This document shows positions 36,730 to 45,694 of a stretch of DNA of 64,000 nucleotides, in pieces. The translations under genes and the position numbers were made by a program. Under the pieces are notes generated by a model. That model ran no database searches. It saw only the letters and a list, made by a program, of their open reading frames with translations, and was not told where the DNA came from. Where the stretch lies: positions 157 to 64,156 of the forward strand of contig JAJZKU010000001.1 in assembly GCA_021850705.1 (NCBI GenBank), in the 5' to 3' direction. The stretch's first letter is position 1. The number at the start of each line of letters is the position of its first letter. This stretch comes from Candidatus Micrarchaeota archaeon. GTDB lineage: Archaea; Micrarchaeota; Micrarchaeia; Micrarchaeales; CABMGC01.

Positions 36730-36861
36730 ATGGCATATATATGCATGCATTGCGGAAAAGAGGTAAAGTCGATAGACAAGTTTGTAAGGTGCCCATACTG
36801 CGGATACAGGGTACTTGCAAAGAAGAGGTCAACGATAGTAAGAGAGGTCTCTACGGATTAG
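36730..36861 (+). CDS. rpoP: RNA polymerase subunit P (Rpo12)
   Basis: 43-aa ORF absent from the supplied track: MAYICMHCGKEVKSIDKFVRCPYCGYRVLAKKRSTIVREVSTD, with a CxxC...CxxC Zn-ribbon. Confidence 0.8.
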   Translation: MAYICMHCGKEVKSIDKFVRCPYCGYRVLAKKRSTIVREVSTD

Positions 36862-37106
36862 GATTTCTCCCTTTCCCCTACTATAACCAGCTCTGCGACC
36901 TTCTTTACCCTCTTGTACTCTATGCTGTTCTTAAGGAAGTCGGAGCGCAAGTCGCTGCTCTTGGTGAGCTTGCTCATCTCGCTTAGCAGCAGGTGCGTAA
37001 CAGTAGCGTTGTCAAGATCTACTACAACCTCTTTTATAGTGCCCAACATATTCCCTGAATTGGAGAGCACTCCCTTTCCATAAAGTTCAGAAATCATAAT
37101 GCCCAT
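36858..37106 (-). CDS. PRC-barrel domain protein
   Basis: 82 aa; SELYGKGVLSNSGNMLGTIKEVVVDLDNATVTHLLL resembles a PRC barrel. Confidence 0.5.
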   Translation of the reverse strand: MGIMISELYGKGVLSNSGNMLGTIKEVVVDLDNATVTHLLLSEMSKLTKSSDLRSDFLKNSIEYKRVKKVAELVIVGEREKS

Positions 37107-37110
37107 TAAA

Positions 37111-37635
37111 TCATCTTATTCTGCTAATCTTCTTGGATGCAAAAATTCTTATTATATACTCCTGCAGTGTGCTTACGAAAGCCTCCTCATTCTCAGAGAA
37201 TTCCTTAAGGTCCTTTTCATCGAAAAGTTCCTTCTTGTTTACAACCAGGCTCTTCAGATAAGTGTCTGTCATCGAGTAAAATCTCTTGCTGCATCCCCTG
37301 CATATATATGAAGGCACTACCGGCACTGTATTTATGACGGAAGGATGCATGAGGTCAAGTTCCCTTACCAGTATTCCGCTGCAGGAAGTGCAAACAGCAT
37401 CGATATCCATACCTTTATACTCCCCGGAATCAGCTATCTCCATATTCATTGTCAGGCTCACATAAAACGGATCATCCGGCTTCATATAGACCTGCTTCTC
37501 GACAAGTCCTCTCTCATTCAATTCCGTTATCAGCATGCCATTCTGCGTGTTCTCTATAAGGCAGCATAGCCTCTTGCCATCATTGCTATAGAAATCGCTC
37601 CTCAGTCTTGTATCCCTGCTCCTGAAAAACTTCAT
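37111..37635 (-). CDS. Hypothetical Zn-ribbon protein
   Basis: 174 aa with CTSC...CRGC cysteine pairs; shares 1 nt with the upstream histone stop codon. Confidence 0.35.
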   Translation of the reverse strand: MKFFRSRDTRLRSDFYSNDGKRLCCLIENTQNGMLITELNERGLVEKQVYMKPDDPFYVSLTMNMEIADSGEYKGMDIDAVCTSCSGILVRELDLMHPSVINTVPVVPSYICRGCSKRFYSMTDTYLKSLVVNKKELFDEKDLKEFSENEEAFVSTLQEYIIRIFASKKISRIR

Positions 37636-37847
37636 CAGCTTCCCTTCTTTATAATATAATCTTCAATGTCCTCCTTGGTTATCTTTGCCCTCTTCGAACG
37701 TTTTGCATTCTGCACTGCAAAGGCGGATATTTTCTCAGCTTCCTTTTCAAGTATTGCAGCTATCTTATCAGCTCCGCTATCGGTTATCCTTGTCTTGAAA
37801 TGGCTTTTCACAAGCTCCTTTATAGCCTTCCTCGATAGTCTTGCCAT
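37635..37847 (-). CDS. Archaeal histone-fold protein
   Basis: 70 aa that aligns by eye with the HMf-type pattern (AIKELVK...RITDSGADKIAAILE...AVQNAKRSKRAKITKEDIE). Confidence 0.75.
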   Translation of the reverse strand: MARLSRKAIKELVKSHFKTRITDSGADKIAAILEKEAEKISAFAVQNAKRSKRAKITKEDIEDYIIKKGS

Positions 37848-37851
37848 TTAA

Positions 37852-37897
37852 TCAGCACTCAAGATCGTCATCACCATTCAGACCTTCAGCTCATCAT
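37852..37897 (-). ncRNA. Candidate C/D-box sRNA in the histone 5' leader
   Basis: Minus strand reads AUGAUGA-9nt-CUGA-AUG-GUGAUGA-12nt-CUGA, i.e. C, D', C' and D boxes in the correct order; the D box ends 4 nt before the histone ATG. Confidence 0.55.
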
Positions 37898-37918
37898 CCG
37901 TTCTATATGATATGTAAA

Positions 37919-37928
37919 AGTATATAAT
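37919..37928 (-). promoter_or_regulatory. TATA-box candidate driving the sRNA/histone transcript
   Basis: Minus-strand TTATATAC lies ~27 nt upstream of the C box. Confidence 0.4.
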
Positions 37929-37987
37929 TGCAAAAGGTAAAAATCCGAATGTTTATAATTATTCTCCGCTATTTATCATTGCTATTC

Positions 37988-38317
37988 ATGGTGATATATA
38001 TGATAGAAGATCTAGATGGCAAGAAGTTTGAAGAAAAGGTAATGCGCTCAACCAAACCTGTAATCATAGACATATGGGCAACATGGTGCGGTCCATGCAG
38101 GATATTCTCTCCTGTGATAGAAGAGGTATCAAAAGAGTTCGAGAGCAAAGCTACGTTCTACAAGCTTGACGCTGACCAGAACCAGGACATCGTGCAAAAG
38201 TACGACATAATGGGAATACCTACAGTGCTCCTCTTCGAGAAGGGTGTAGTGAAGGCAATGTCAGTAGGTGCACTTCCTAAGGAAGCATTCAGGAAGTGGG
38301 TAGTCAATAACCTGTAA
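37988..38317 (+). CDS. trx: Thioredoxin
   Basis: WATWCGPCR active site. Start trimmed to the ATG ~30 nt downstream of TTTATAAT, giving ~109 aa. Confidence 0.85.
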   Translation: MVIYMIEDLDGKKFEEKVMRSTKPVIIDIWATWCGPCRIFSPVIEEVSKEFESKATFYKLDADQNQDIVQKYDIMGIPTVLLFEKGVVKAMSVGALPKEAFRKWVVNNL

Positions 38318-38321
38318 CTCA

Positions 38322-39611
38322 ATGGTATATATGCCGTTAGAAATTCCGAGAGGGACAAGAGATTACGGACCAAAGGAGAGCATACGCCTAAAGGACGTGA
38401 TATCCAGAACAGAGCAGACCTTCAGGAGATTCGGCTTTTATCCAATAATAACTCCTGCGATAGAAAAGATAGAGGTACTAAATTCGAAGATATACGGCAG
38501 TGACGCTAACAACGAGATCTACCTTCTTGACGGCAAAGAAGCAGGGCTAAGGTATGATCTCACTGTGCCTACTGCCAGATACGTGGCGATGAACAAAGGT
38601 ACGGCTCTGCCATTCAAAAGGTACATGATAGCAGAAGCGTGGAGGAGAGACGAACCGCAGTATATGCGCAGCAGGGAGTTCATACAGGCAGATATAGACG
38701 TGATAGGCAGTTCTGAAATATCCGCTGAAGCCGAGGTAATAGCCGCAAGCGCAACAGCTCTGGAGAATCTAGGGATAACCGACTACACAATAATGCTCAA
38801 CCATCGAGTTATCCTGTCTGCAATCATGGATACGTTCGCTATCCCAAAGGACAAGCAGATACAGACAATGCGCATACTTGACAAACTTGCAAAGATAAGT
38901 TCTGAAGAAATACTGAAGCAGATGACCGAACTTGGGATAAGCAATGACATATCCGAGCAGATGCTGAATTTCATAAAAGTTGAAGAAGGTACGGAGCAGA
39001 AGCTTACAAGGATAGAAGCGAACATAACATCTGCAAAAGCGCCAATTGCAGATATGCGGGAGCTGATATCGCTTCTTGACACATACAAGATAAAAGGGAA
39101 GATAGTAGTCGATCTGTCAATAATACGCGGAATAGACTATTACACCGGAATGGTATGGGAGATAACCGCTGCTGCAGCCGGCAAGAAGACCCTTGCCATA
39201 GGCTCCGGAGGAAGGTACGATGGACTTATAGAAAAATACTCAAACATACATACTCCTGCTGTCGGTTCATCAATAGGCATAAGCAGAGTAGTTGAATTTC
39301 TGAAAGCCAAATCCGGTGCAAATACCTACGCTGACGTATACGTTGCGTATCTAGGAAAGGAAGCGATGAAGTATGCGATAGAGGTCGCAAACATATTCCG
39401 GGAATCAGGAATCAACGCCGACCTGAACATGACTCCAAGGAATATAAGCAAGCAGCTTGAGTATGTAAACTCGCTTGAGATAAAGTATGTATGCATAATA
39501 GGCCCATCCGAGGTGCAGACAGGATTAATAATGCTTAAGAATATGTTCAAGGGAGAAGAAGTGCAGATAAGCCCTGAAGACGCTGTAACTAAGATAAAAG
39601 CGGGTATGTAA
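38322..39611 (+). CDS. hisS: Histidyl-tRNA synthetase
   Basis: PRGTRDY start, class II motifs and a C-terminal anticodon-binding domain; 429 aa. Confidence 0.92.
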   Translation: MVYMPLEIPRGTRDYGPKESIRLKDVISRTEQTFRRFGFYPIITPAIEKIEVLNSKIYGSDANNEIYLLDGKEAGLRYDLTVPTARYVAMNKGTALPFKRYMIAEAWRRDEPQYMRSREFIQADIDVIGSSEISAEAEVIAASATALENLGITDYTIMLNHRVILSAIMDTFAIPKDKQIQTMRILDKLAKISSEEILKQMTELGISNDISEQMLNFIKVEEGTEQKLTRIEANITSAKAPIADMRELISLLDTYKIKGKIVVDLSIIRGIDYYTGMVWEITAAAAGKKTLAIGSGGRYDGLIEKYSNIHTPAVGSSIGISRVVEFLKAKSGANTYADVYVAYLGKEAMKYAIEVANIFRESGINADLNMTPRNISKQLEYVNSLEIKYVCIIGPSEVQTGLIMLKNMFKGEEVQISPEDAVTKIKAGM

Positions 39612-39612
39612 C

Positions 39613-40116
39613 ATGGCAAAATCAGAGATGGAAGAGATAACAAGAAAAGCGATAGAGAACGGAGGCATACTCGCAAAGGCATATTTCGATATGCACAGTG
39701 AAAAGCCTGACGATTTACAACCGCTCATGACGGATCTGATAAGCAACAGGCTGCTCAAGTTTCCCGGCGTGATCTACTGCGCCGGAGAGATAGACGAGCC
39801 TCTCAAGGTAGATGAACTATATGCAACAAACGCAGTCGTAACAATACTTGTAAAGGATCTCTGGACCCTGTTGAACATCTCCTTCAATTTCGCCCCTGCC
39901 GGCATGGAGATCATAAAGCCTGAAAAGGAGTACTACCTGAAGCACAACGACCTGCAGGCTATAATGATAAACATCGCCCAGATATCTGCCCAGTTCTCTG
40001 AGTATATACTCGGTAATGTCCTATCCAAGGAGGATTACGAAAAAGTAAAGAAGGACATAGCAAGAAGAGAGGAACTCGGGAAGAAGCTTATCGGAGAGAA
40101 CAAAAAGACAGACTAA
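39613..40116 (+). CDS. Hypothetical protein
   Basis: 167-aa ORF abutting the hisS stop; no motif recognised. Confidence 0.3.
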   Translation: MAKSEMEEITRKAIENGGILAKAYFDMHSEKPDDLQPLMTDLISNRLLKFPGVIYCAGEIDEPLKVDELYATNAVVTILVKDLWTLLNISFNFAPAGMEIIKPEKEYYLKHNDLQAIMINIAQISAQFSEYILGNVLSKEDYEKVKKDIARREELGKKLIGENKKTD

Positions 40117-41234
40117 ACAAGTCCTCTCAAAAAGAATCTCTTTATCAGCAGAGAGGGCAGATCCATATCCCCATATTTGGATATGAACGAGTCCATTCCT
40201 AGAAAATTCATCACGCTTATCATCCTACCAACTGTCCTGCTTTCCAACGAGGAATAAATCCTGTTTATAGAAGTATGCAGTCTAAGATCGCTTCCATATC
40301 TTTTCCTGAACATCTTTTCATATTCAGACAGGCTCTTGCCATTTGAGATATTATCATGTATAGCCTGCGCGGCCATTATTGCAGCTGCAGACCCGTATAC
40401 AATGCCTCCTCCGGTAGTTCCCTTGACCTGTCCTGCTGCATCACCTACAAGCAGAACTCTCTTATCAGGGTCAACTATCCTTTTACGCATCCGGAGAGGT
40501 ATCATACTTGCTCCGTTATCAATCATCTTCGCACTCCCAACCATCTCTTTTACCTCCTTCATCGCTATGAATCTCTCGATAGCCTTTTTGGAATTTGCCT
40601 TTCCTGAATCTACCCCAACTCCCACTTCAAGCAGATCCTTGGCATTCGGGCACATCCACGCGAAAAGTCCCGGAAATGCTCGTTTATCGAAAAACAGATC
40701 AACAGATCCGGGGTCATCTATATCGACGTTGAACTCAGCCTTATACGTCAGTACATATCTCTCAACAGGGCCCATTCCAAAATGCGTTGCAACGTTTGAT
40801 ACCGCTCCATCAGCACCCACTATTATGGAGTCCTTATGCAGCCTGTCCATCATCTGACCTGTAATCCTGCGCCCCTTCGTTATCTTTGCACCAGCATGTT
40901 CCGCTTCATACTCGCATATGTCCGAAAGTCTCTTCCTGTCAAGTACCTTGGCAACAGGTTCCCTGGCATTTATGTGCATAATCCTTCCGCCTGCATGTAT
41001 TCTTGCTCCTCTAAGCGTGTTGGTGACCGCACTCTCATAGGCTATGCCTGACATCTTCAATCCATTTATCGATATTATCCCAGATGCCCTTACCGGAACT
41101 CCAAGCTCCTTCTTCTGATCATATATGACTGTGCCTATGCCTCTTGACGCCAGCTCCCTGCCAGCTACCAATCCTGCCGTACCTGCACCTATTATGGAGA
41201 CCTTACTGTGCATATAAATTCCTAAATATAACAT
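40113..41234 (-). CDS. Geranylgeranyl reductase family FAD-dependent oxidoreductase (start possibly at MHSKVSIIGAG, 41213)
   Basis: IIGAGTAGLVAGRELA dinucleotide-binding motif and LVGDAAG motif. Confidence 0.8.
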   Translation of the reverse strand: MLYLGIYMHSKVSIIGAGTAGLVAGRELASRGIGTVIYDQKKELGVPVRASGIISINGLKMSGIAYESAVTNTLRGARIHAGGRIMHINAREPVAKVLDRKRLSDICEYEAEHAGAKITKGRRITGQMMDRLHKDSIIVGADGAVSNVATHFGMGPVERYVLTYKAEFNVDIDDPGSVDLFFDKRAFPGLFAWMCPNAKDLLEVGVGVDSGKANSKKAIERFIAMKEVKEMVGSAKMIDNGASMIPLRMRKRIVDPDKRVLLVGDAAGQVKGTTGGGIVYGSAAAIMAAQAIHDNISNGKSLSEYEKMFRKRYGSDLRLHTSINRIYSSLESRTVGRMISVMNFLGMDSFISKYGDMDLPSLLIKRFFLRGLV

Positions 41235-41324
41235 ACCCTTTTATTAATGCAACTAATCTATCTTTATTGTAAATTTCTATAGGACATTTACCTTTAATAA
41301 TGCAAATTATCAAAGAATGGTCAT

Positions 41325-44300
41325 ATGCTATTGATAGAAGCTCTTTTAATAGGAATAATAAGCGTCATAGTGCCAGGATTCCTTCTTGCACTGGCGCTTC
41401 TTCATAAGACCAAGATGAACAAGGTCTTCATATTCATGATAGGCATAGCCTTTGGTCTGATATTTCCTCCTGTAATGATATGGCTGGAGTCATATTTAAT
41501 CCCTATATCTCCCATATTCGCCTTCTCTGCCGGACTTTACGATGCAAATGTCGTAATACTTACGATAATAGGATTTGTCCTCTCAGTCAGGGAAGGTGCC
41601 ATTGACCTGCCTGCCTTGCAGTCCATGCTTGGTGTTGCAAGAACCGCAAAACACAAGCACAGTACAACTGTCAAAGAGGAGATTGCGCAGGATTACAAGA
41701 GCAGACTTCAGAACCTAAGGGAGCGCGCTGCTACTAATAGCGCAATACTAAAGGTCATAAAGGCACACGAGAAGGATGAAGAGTATCTCTTCCACAGGCA
41801 TTCTGAAGAGCTGGCATCATTAAAGGATATCGGCCCTGAAGAAAGGAAGAACATAGAGGAGAGGCATGCAAAGGAAGAGAGGAGGCTTTACGAGGAGCAT
41901 GAAACCGAAGAGATGGAGCTGATAGGAGAAAAGCAAAAGGGCTCTGAGAAAAGCGCAGCAATGAACTATGTATATCTGGGACTTGTCATCTTCATGCTCA
42001 TCACATTCCTTACCAGAATAGCAAACATCGCGGTCTCACCTACATATTTCGAGTTTGATCCTTACTACGACATGATAAGCACCGAGTACATACTTGTACA
42101 CGGATACCAGCTGCTATATGACAACGCTGCATGGCCAGGACATCTTAACGTTTCAATACACAGAATACAGCCGCTTATCCCTTATCTCGAAGCTTACTGG
42201 TACTCGATATCCAATACTGCAAGTGCATCTGCGCACTACGTTAACACAAGCCTGCTAAGCATTGTAAGCAGCTATTATCCACCCATAACTGCAGCACTTC
42301 TGGTATTCTCTGTTTTCATCTTCCTCTATTATGAATATGGGAAGGTGCCGGCACTTCTAGGTGCAGGGCTTGCCACCTTCATGCCTGCGTTAATAACAAC
42401 CTTCATAGCAGGCGAGCAGCTCCTAGAACCATGGGGAATATTCGCAATGTTCTTCTTCTATGCGACATACCTGCTTGCAGTAAACAATCCTAAGGAGTAC
42501 AGATACACCATACTTGCAGGCCTTGCTTTTGCATCAAACTTCTTCGGAGCCCACTACTACACGGTAACTACCGGAGTTCTTGGAATATACATACTGCTGC
42601 AGGGAGTGATAAACGTACTGAAGAACAAGGACAATATGGATTTCTACAAGATGAACATACTGCTAATAATAATCATAGCGATAACCTACACTATATACGG
42701 GGCATACAGCGCAACTCTTACTGCAAGGACACCGAGCATCCTCGGAGTACCTACTGTAGTTTCATTGCCACTAGTAGCATTGATATTCGTAGCGATACTT
42801 GAGTACCTTCCAAAGCTTCTTGAGAGTAAGAAGTACCTTAAAAAAGTCGACATGTACACCTATCTGGGTCTTCTTGCCGTTCTTGCCATAATCGCAATAA
42901 TCGCAATAGAGTTTACTCCCATAGGTACTCCATTCCAGAAGTACATAGCACTCAGCGTACACTTCACAACACCTTCTATCCCGCTCTTCATGACCGTACA
43001 AGAGTATGCGCCTACAGGCTTCAACTATGATTTCGGAGCAGCAGGCTTTGGAATAATCGGAGCCAGCATAGGCGGCATATCGATCCTGATATGGGGAGTG
43101 CTTCTTGTATTCACAGCATTGATGCTATACGCTATAATAAAAAGGGATTCCAGATCCAGTGTACTAACGCTGGCAATGGTGTGGCCTCTTGCTATAGCTG
43201 GCATGTCAGAGGTCAAGTATCTGCCCCACTTCGGAGTAGGGTACATAATAGCTATAGGTGCGATAATCGGGGAGATAATGATAATATACCCGCAGTACCG
43301 CAAGCTGCACTACACAAACCCGGTGCTGATAGCAGCACTGATAATCTTCCTTGTCGAGTTTGCACAGGTCGCTCCGGCTTTCGGCGCATTCTTCAGTCCA
43401 AACTGCACCACAATAAACAATCAGGGCAACTCTATAGCAGCGGACATGTACTGCAACCAGGTTCCAGGATATTGGATAAACGCCACCAACTGGATGCAGA
43501 AGAATGTCGGGCCTTATGCACCAAGAATACTTGCATGGTGGGACTACGGAGACTGGATAAACTGGTTCGGAAACAGCAACGCAGTCCTCAGAGGAGACAA
43601 CGCTGTAGCAAAGCTTGATTACGCAACGGCTGCACAGTATGTGCTCGGTCCGAAGGACGGCTACAATACAACAGAGCTAAGGAACTTCATGAATGGCAAC
43701 CAGTCAGGATACATACTGATGGACAATGAACTTGTGCCAAAATGGGGCGCGCTTGACTTTTTGGCATGCATAGATACGAACCAGACCACAATGCAGTATG
43801 CAGAGAGCCAGGGAGCCGCTCAGGGACAGCCGTACCTTCTAGGTTCATCTCCGTGCGAGCTTGCCCACGATCCTGCTTTCATATACATAGACATAAGTCA
43901 GAGTGTAAGCAACTACTGCCAGTATGGAAATTCAACATCAGTGGCACTTAAGGGTTTCCTAGTAGTAGGAAACAACCCTCTGAATAAGACATACTGCGTG
44001 CCGGTAAGCTTCCTGGAAAGCTCCAACACCACCTCTTATGTGTACACCTCCAACGGAATAAAGACAAACATGATGCTCGCAGCGCAGCCTATTCTCTACG
44101 GAGGAGCCGCCAACATCAGCGGGCAGACCTTCATAAGCTTCATGGTCCTCATGGTGCCTAACGGTCCTAACAAAACAATAACCGATGCGCCATCCCTGTT
44201 CTACGATTCAAACTACTATAAAGGATTCTTCCTGGGACATCTCAACGGATTCACTCTGGTATACCCTTCAAACTTCACTGGCGGCGTCAATTACATAAAC

Positions 44301-44408
44301 TCCACAAACGAGATAATGATATACAAACTGAATAACTTCACCGGATCGTTGCCTAACGTGACTCCGAAGGCATCATGGATACACAACAACCTTACCATGC
44401 CTGGATAA
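41325..44408 (+). CDS. aglB: Oligosaccharyltransferase AglB (STT3 family) with an extra ~212-aa N-terminal module
   Basis: WWDYGDW catalytic motif; EFDPYYD in the first external loop of the canonical core, which begins near MNYVYLG (41961). Confidence 0.88.
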   Translation: MLLIEALLIGIISVIVPGFLLALALLHKTKMNKVFIFMIGIAFGLIFPPVMIWLESYLIPISPIFAFSAGLYDANVVILTIIGFVLSVREGAIDLPALQSMLGVARTAKHKHSTTVKEEIAQDYKSRLQNLRERAATNSAILKVIKAHEKDEEYLFHRHSEELASLKDIGPEERKNIEERHAKEERRLYEEHETEEMELIGEKQKGSEKSAAMNYVYLGLVIFMLITFLTRIANIAVSPTYFEFDPYYDMISTEYILVHGYQLLYDNAAWPGHLNVSIHRIQPLIPYLEAYWYSISNTASASAHYVNTSLLSIVSSYYPPITAALLVFSVFIFLYYEYGKVPALLGAGLATFMPALITTFIAGEQLLEPWGIFAMFFFYATYLLAVNNPKEYRYTILAGLAFASNFFGAHYYTVTTGVLGIYILLQGVINVLKNKDNMDFYKMNILLIIIIAITYTIYGAYSATLTARTPSILGVPTVVSLPLVALIFVAILEYLPKLLESKKYLKKVDMYTYLGLLAVLAIIAIIAIEFTPIGTPFQKYIALSVHFTTPSIPLFMTVQEYAPTGFNYDFGAAGFGIIGASIGGISILIWGVLLVFTALMLYAIIKRDSRSSVLTLAMVWPLAIAGMSEVKYLPHFGVGYIIAIGAIIGEIMIIYPQYRKLHYTNPVLIAALIIFLVEFAQVAPAFGAFFSPNCTTINNQGNSIAADMYCNQVPGYWINATNWMQKNVGPYAPRILAWWDYGDWINWFGNSNAVLRGDNAVAKLDYATAAQYVLGPKDGYNTTELRNFMNGNQSGYILMDNELVPKWGALDFLACIDTNQTTMQYAESQGAAQGQPYLLGSSPCELAHDPAFIYIDISQSVSNYCQYGNSTSVALKGFLVVGNNPLNKTYCVPVSFLESSNTTSYVYTSNGIKTNMMLAAQPILYGGAANISGQTFISFMVLMVPNGPNKTITDAPSLFYDSNYYKGFFLGHLNGFTLVYPSNFTGGVNYINSTNEIMIYKLNNFTGSLPNVTPKASWIHNNLTMPG

Positions 44409-44421
44409 TCACGGTTTTCAA

Positions 44422-45564
44422 ATGAAATTATTGATAATACAGCCTTACCTGAACCTCAAGGGGGGAGCGGAGAGGGTAATCCTGGAAATAGCAAGGCACT
44501 ACAATGCCACTATCTACACTACTGAATACGATAAGAGTGCGACCTTCGAAGGCTTCAAGGATGTAGACATAAAGATAGTAGGGAAGGACGTGCCTCTCGC
44601 AGACAGACTTCCTTATAAGGCTTCCCAAGGACTGAGATACGGTTACAATTTCTATCATATGAAAATAACCGAAGACTATGACGTCGCAAACCCTCATATC
44701 TCCCCGAGCGAGTGGATAAGACACAAGAACGAACGCGTGCTATGGTACTGCCACACTCCCCCAAGAGAGGTATATGACCTTTATTCTGTAAGAATGATGC
44801 AAAGGTCATACAAGGAGAAGATGCTCTATGCTGCAATTACAGGAGCGTACAAGGTAATAGCCAAGAACATAGTGAAGAACATAGAAGAGGTCGCGGCCAA
44901 CAGTCAGATAACAAGGCAGAGGATCAAGAAGTACTATTCAAAGGAATCAACAGTGATAAATCCAGGAGTGGATTACGAGAAATTCAAGGATAATGGGGAC
45001 GGAAGATACTTTCTGTATCCATCAAGGTTTGTGATAAACAAAAGGCAGGAATATGTGATAAACGCATTCAAGAAATACGTGAAGGAAACAAAGAGCAAAC
45101 ACTCGCTTGTTCTTGCAGGCACGCTGTCAAAGGATCCGGAGCATATAAAGTATATGCAGCGCCTGAAGACTCTTGCAGGAAGCTCAAACATCAAGTTCAT
45201 AACTAATCCAGGAGACAAAAAGCTGATAAGCCTCTACTCGAAGAGCACCGCGGTATTATTTGCAGCTATAAACGAGGATTTCGGGATAGTGCCGCTGGAA
45301 GGGATGGCCAGCTCAAAGCCTGTGATATCCGCGAATGAAGGCGGACCTACGGAGACGATAATAAACGGAAAGACAGGTTTCCTTGTAAATTCCTATTCAG
45401 AGATGGCCGAGAGAATAAAACAGGTAGCTGAGAATCCATCACTTGCAAAGAAGATGGGCAAGGCAGGCAGGACAAGGGTCATAAAGTACTACTCGTGGCA
45501 GTCATTCTTCGATTCATTCGACAAGCTTGCGCAGAAGGTGGCAAAGGGCAAGAGCTCAAAATAA
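44422..45564 (+). CDS. GT4-family glycosyltransferase
   Basis: EDFGIVPLEGMASSKPVISANEGGPTETIINGKTGFLV (E-x7-E region). Confidence 0.8.
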   Translation: MKLLIIQPYLNLKGGAERVILEIARHYNATIYTTEYDKSATFEGFKDVDIKIVGKDVPLADRLPYKASQGLRYGYNFYHMKITEDYDVANPHISPSEWIRHKNERVLWYCHTPPREVYDLYSVRMMQRSYKEKMLYAAITGAYKVIAKNIVKNIEEVAANSQITRQRIKKYYSKESTVINPGVDYEKFKDNGDGRYFLYPSRFVINKRQEYVINAFKKYVKETKSKHSLVLAGTLSKDPEHIKYMQRLKTLAGSSNIKFITNPGDKKLISLYSKSTAVLFAAINEDFGIVPLEGMASSKPVISANEGGPTETIINGKTGFLVNSYSEMAERIKQVAENPSLAKKMGKAGRTRVIKYYSWQSFFDSFDKLAQKVAKGKSSK

Positions 45565-45694
45565 CCTCTCTCATCAGAGAAAACTATAAAAATCTTAAGC
45601 AGCATATAATAATGTACTTATTCCCTAATCAGCTATCGCTGTTTAGGGTTTTTCAGAAAGAAGTCTACTTATATTATAAAATAAAGGTGAAAAC

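Noticed and set aside
43091-43618. A 175-aa alternative-frame ORF inside aglB
   Set aside because: It is R/S/C-rich with non-protein-like composition, and it is fully embedded in a gene with strong family motifs (WWDYG lies in the other frame).
45565-45694. TGATGA and CTGA elements upstream of the thermosome gene, as a second C/D sRNA
   Set aside because: On the only strand carrying a UGAUGA box, the CUGA boxes precede it (wrong order) and the spacings do not fit.
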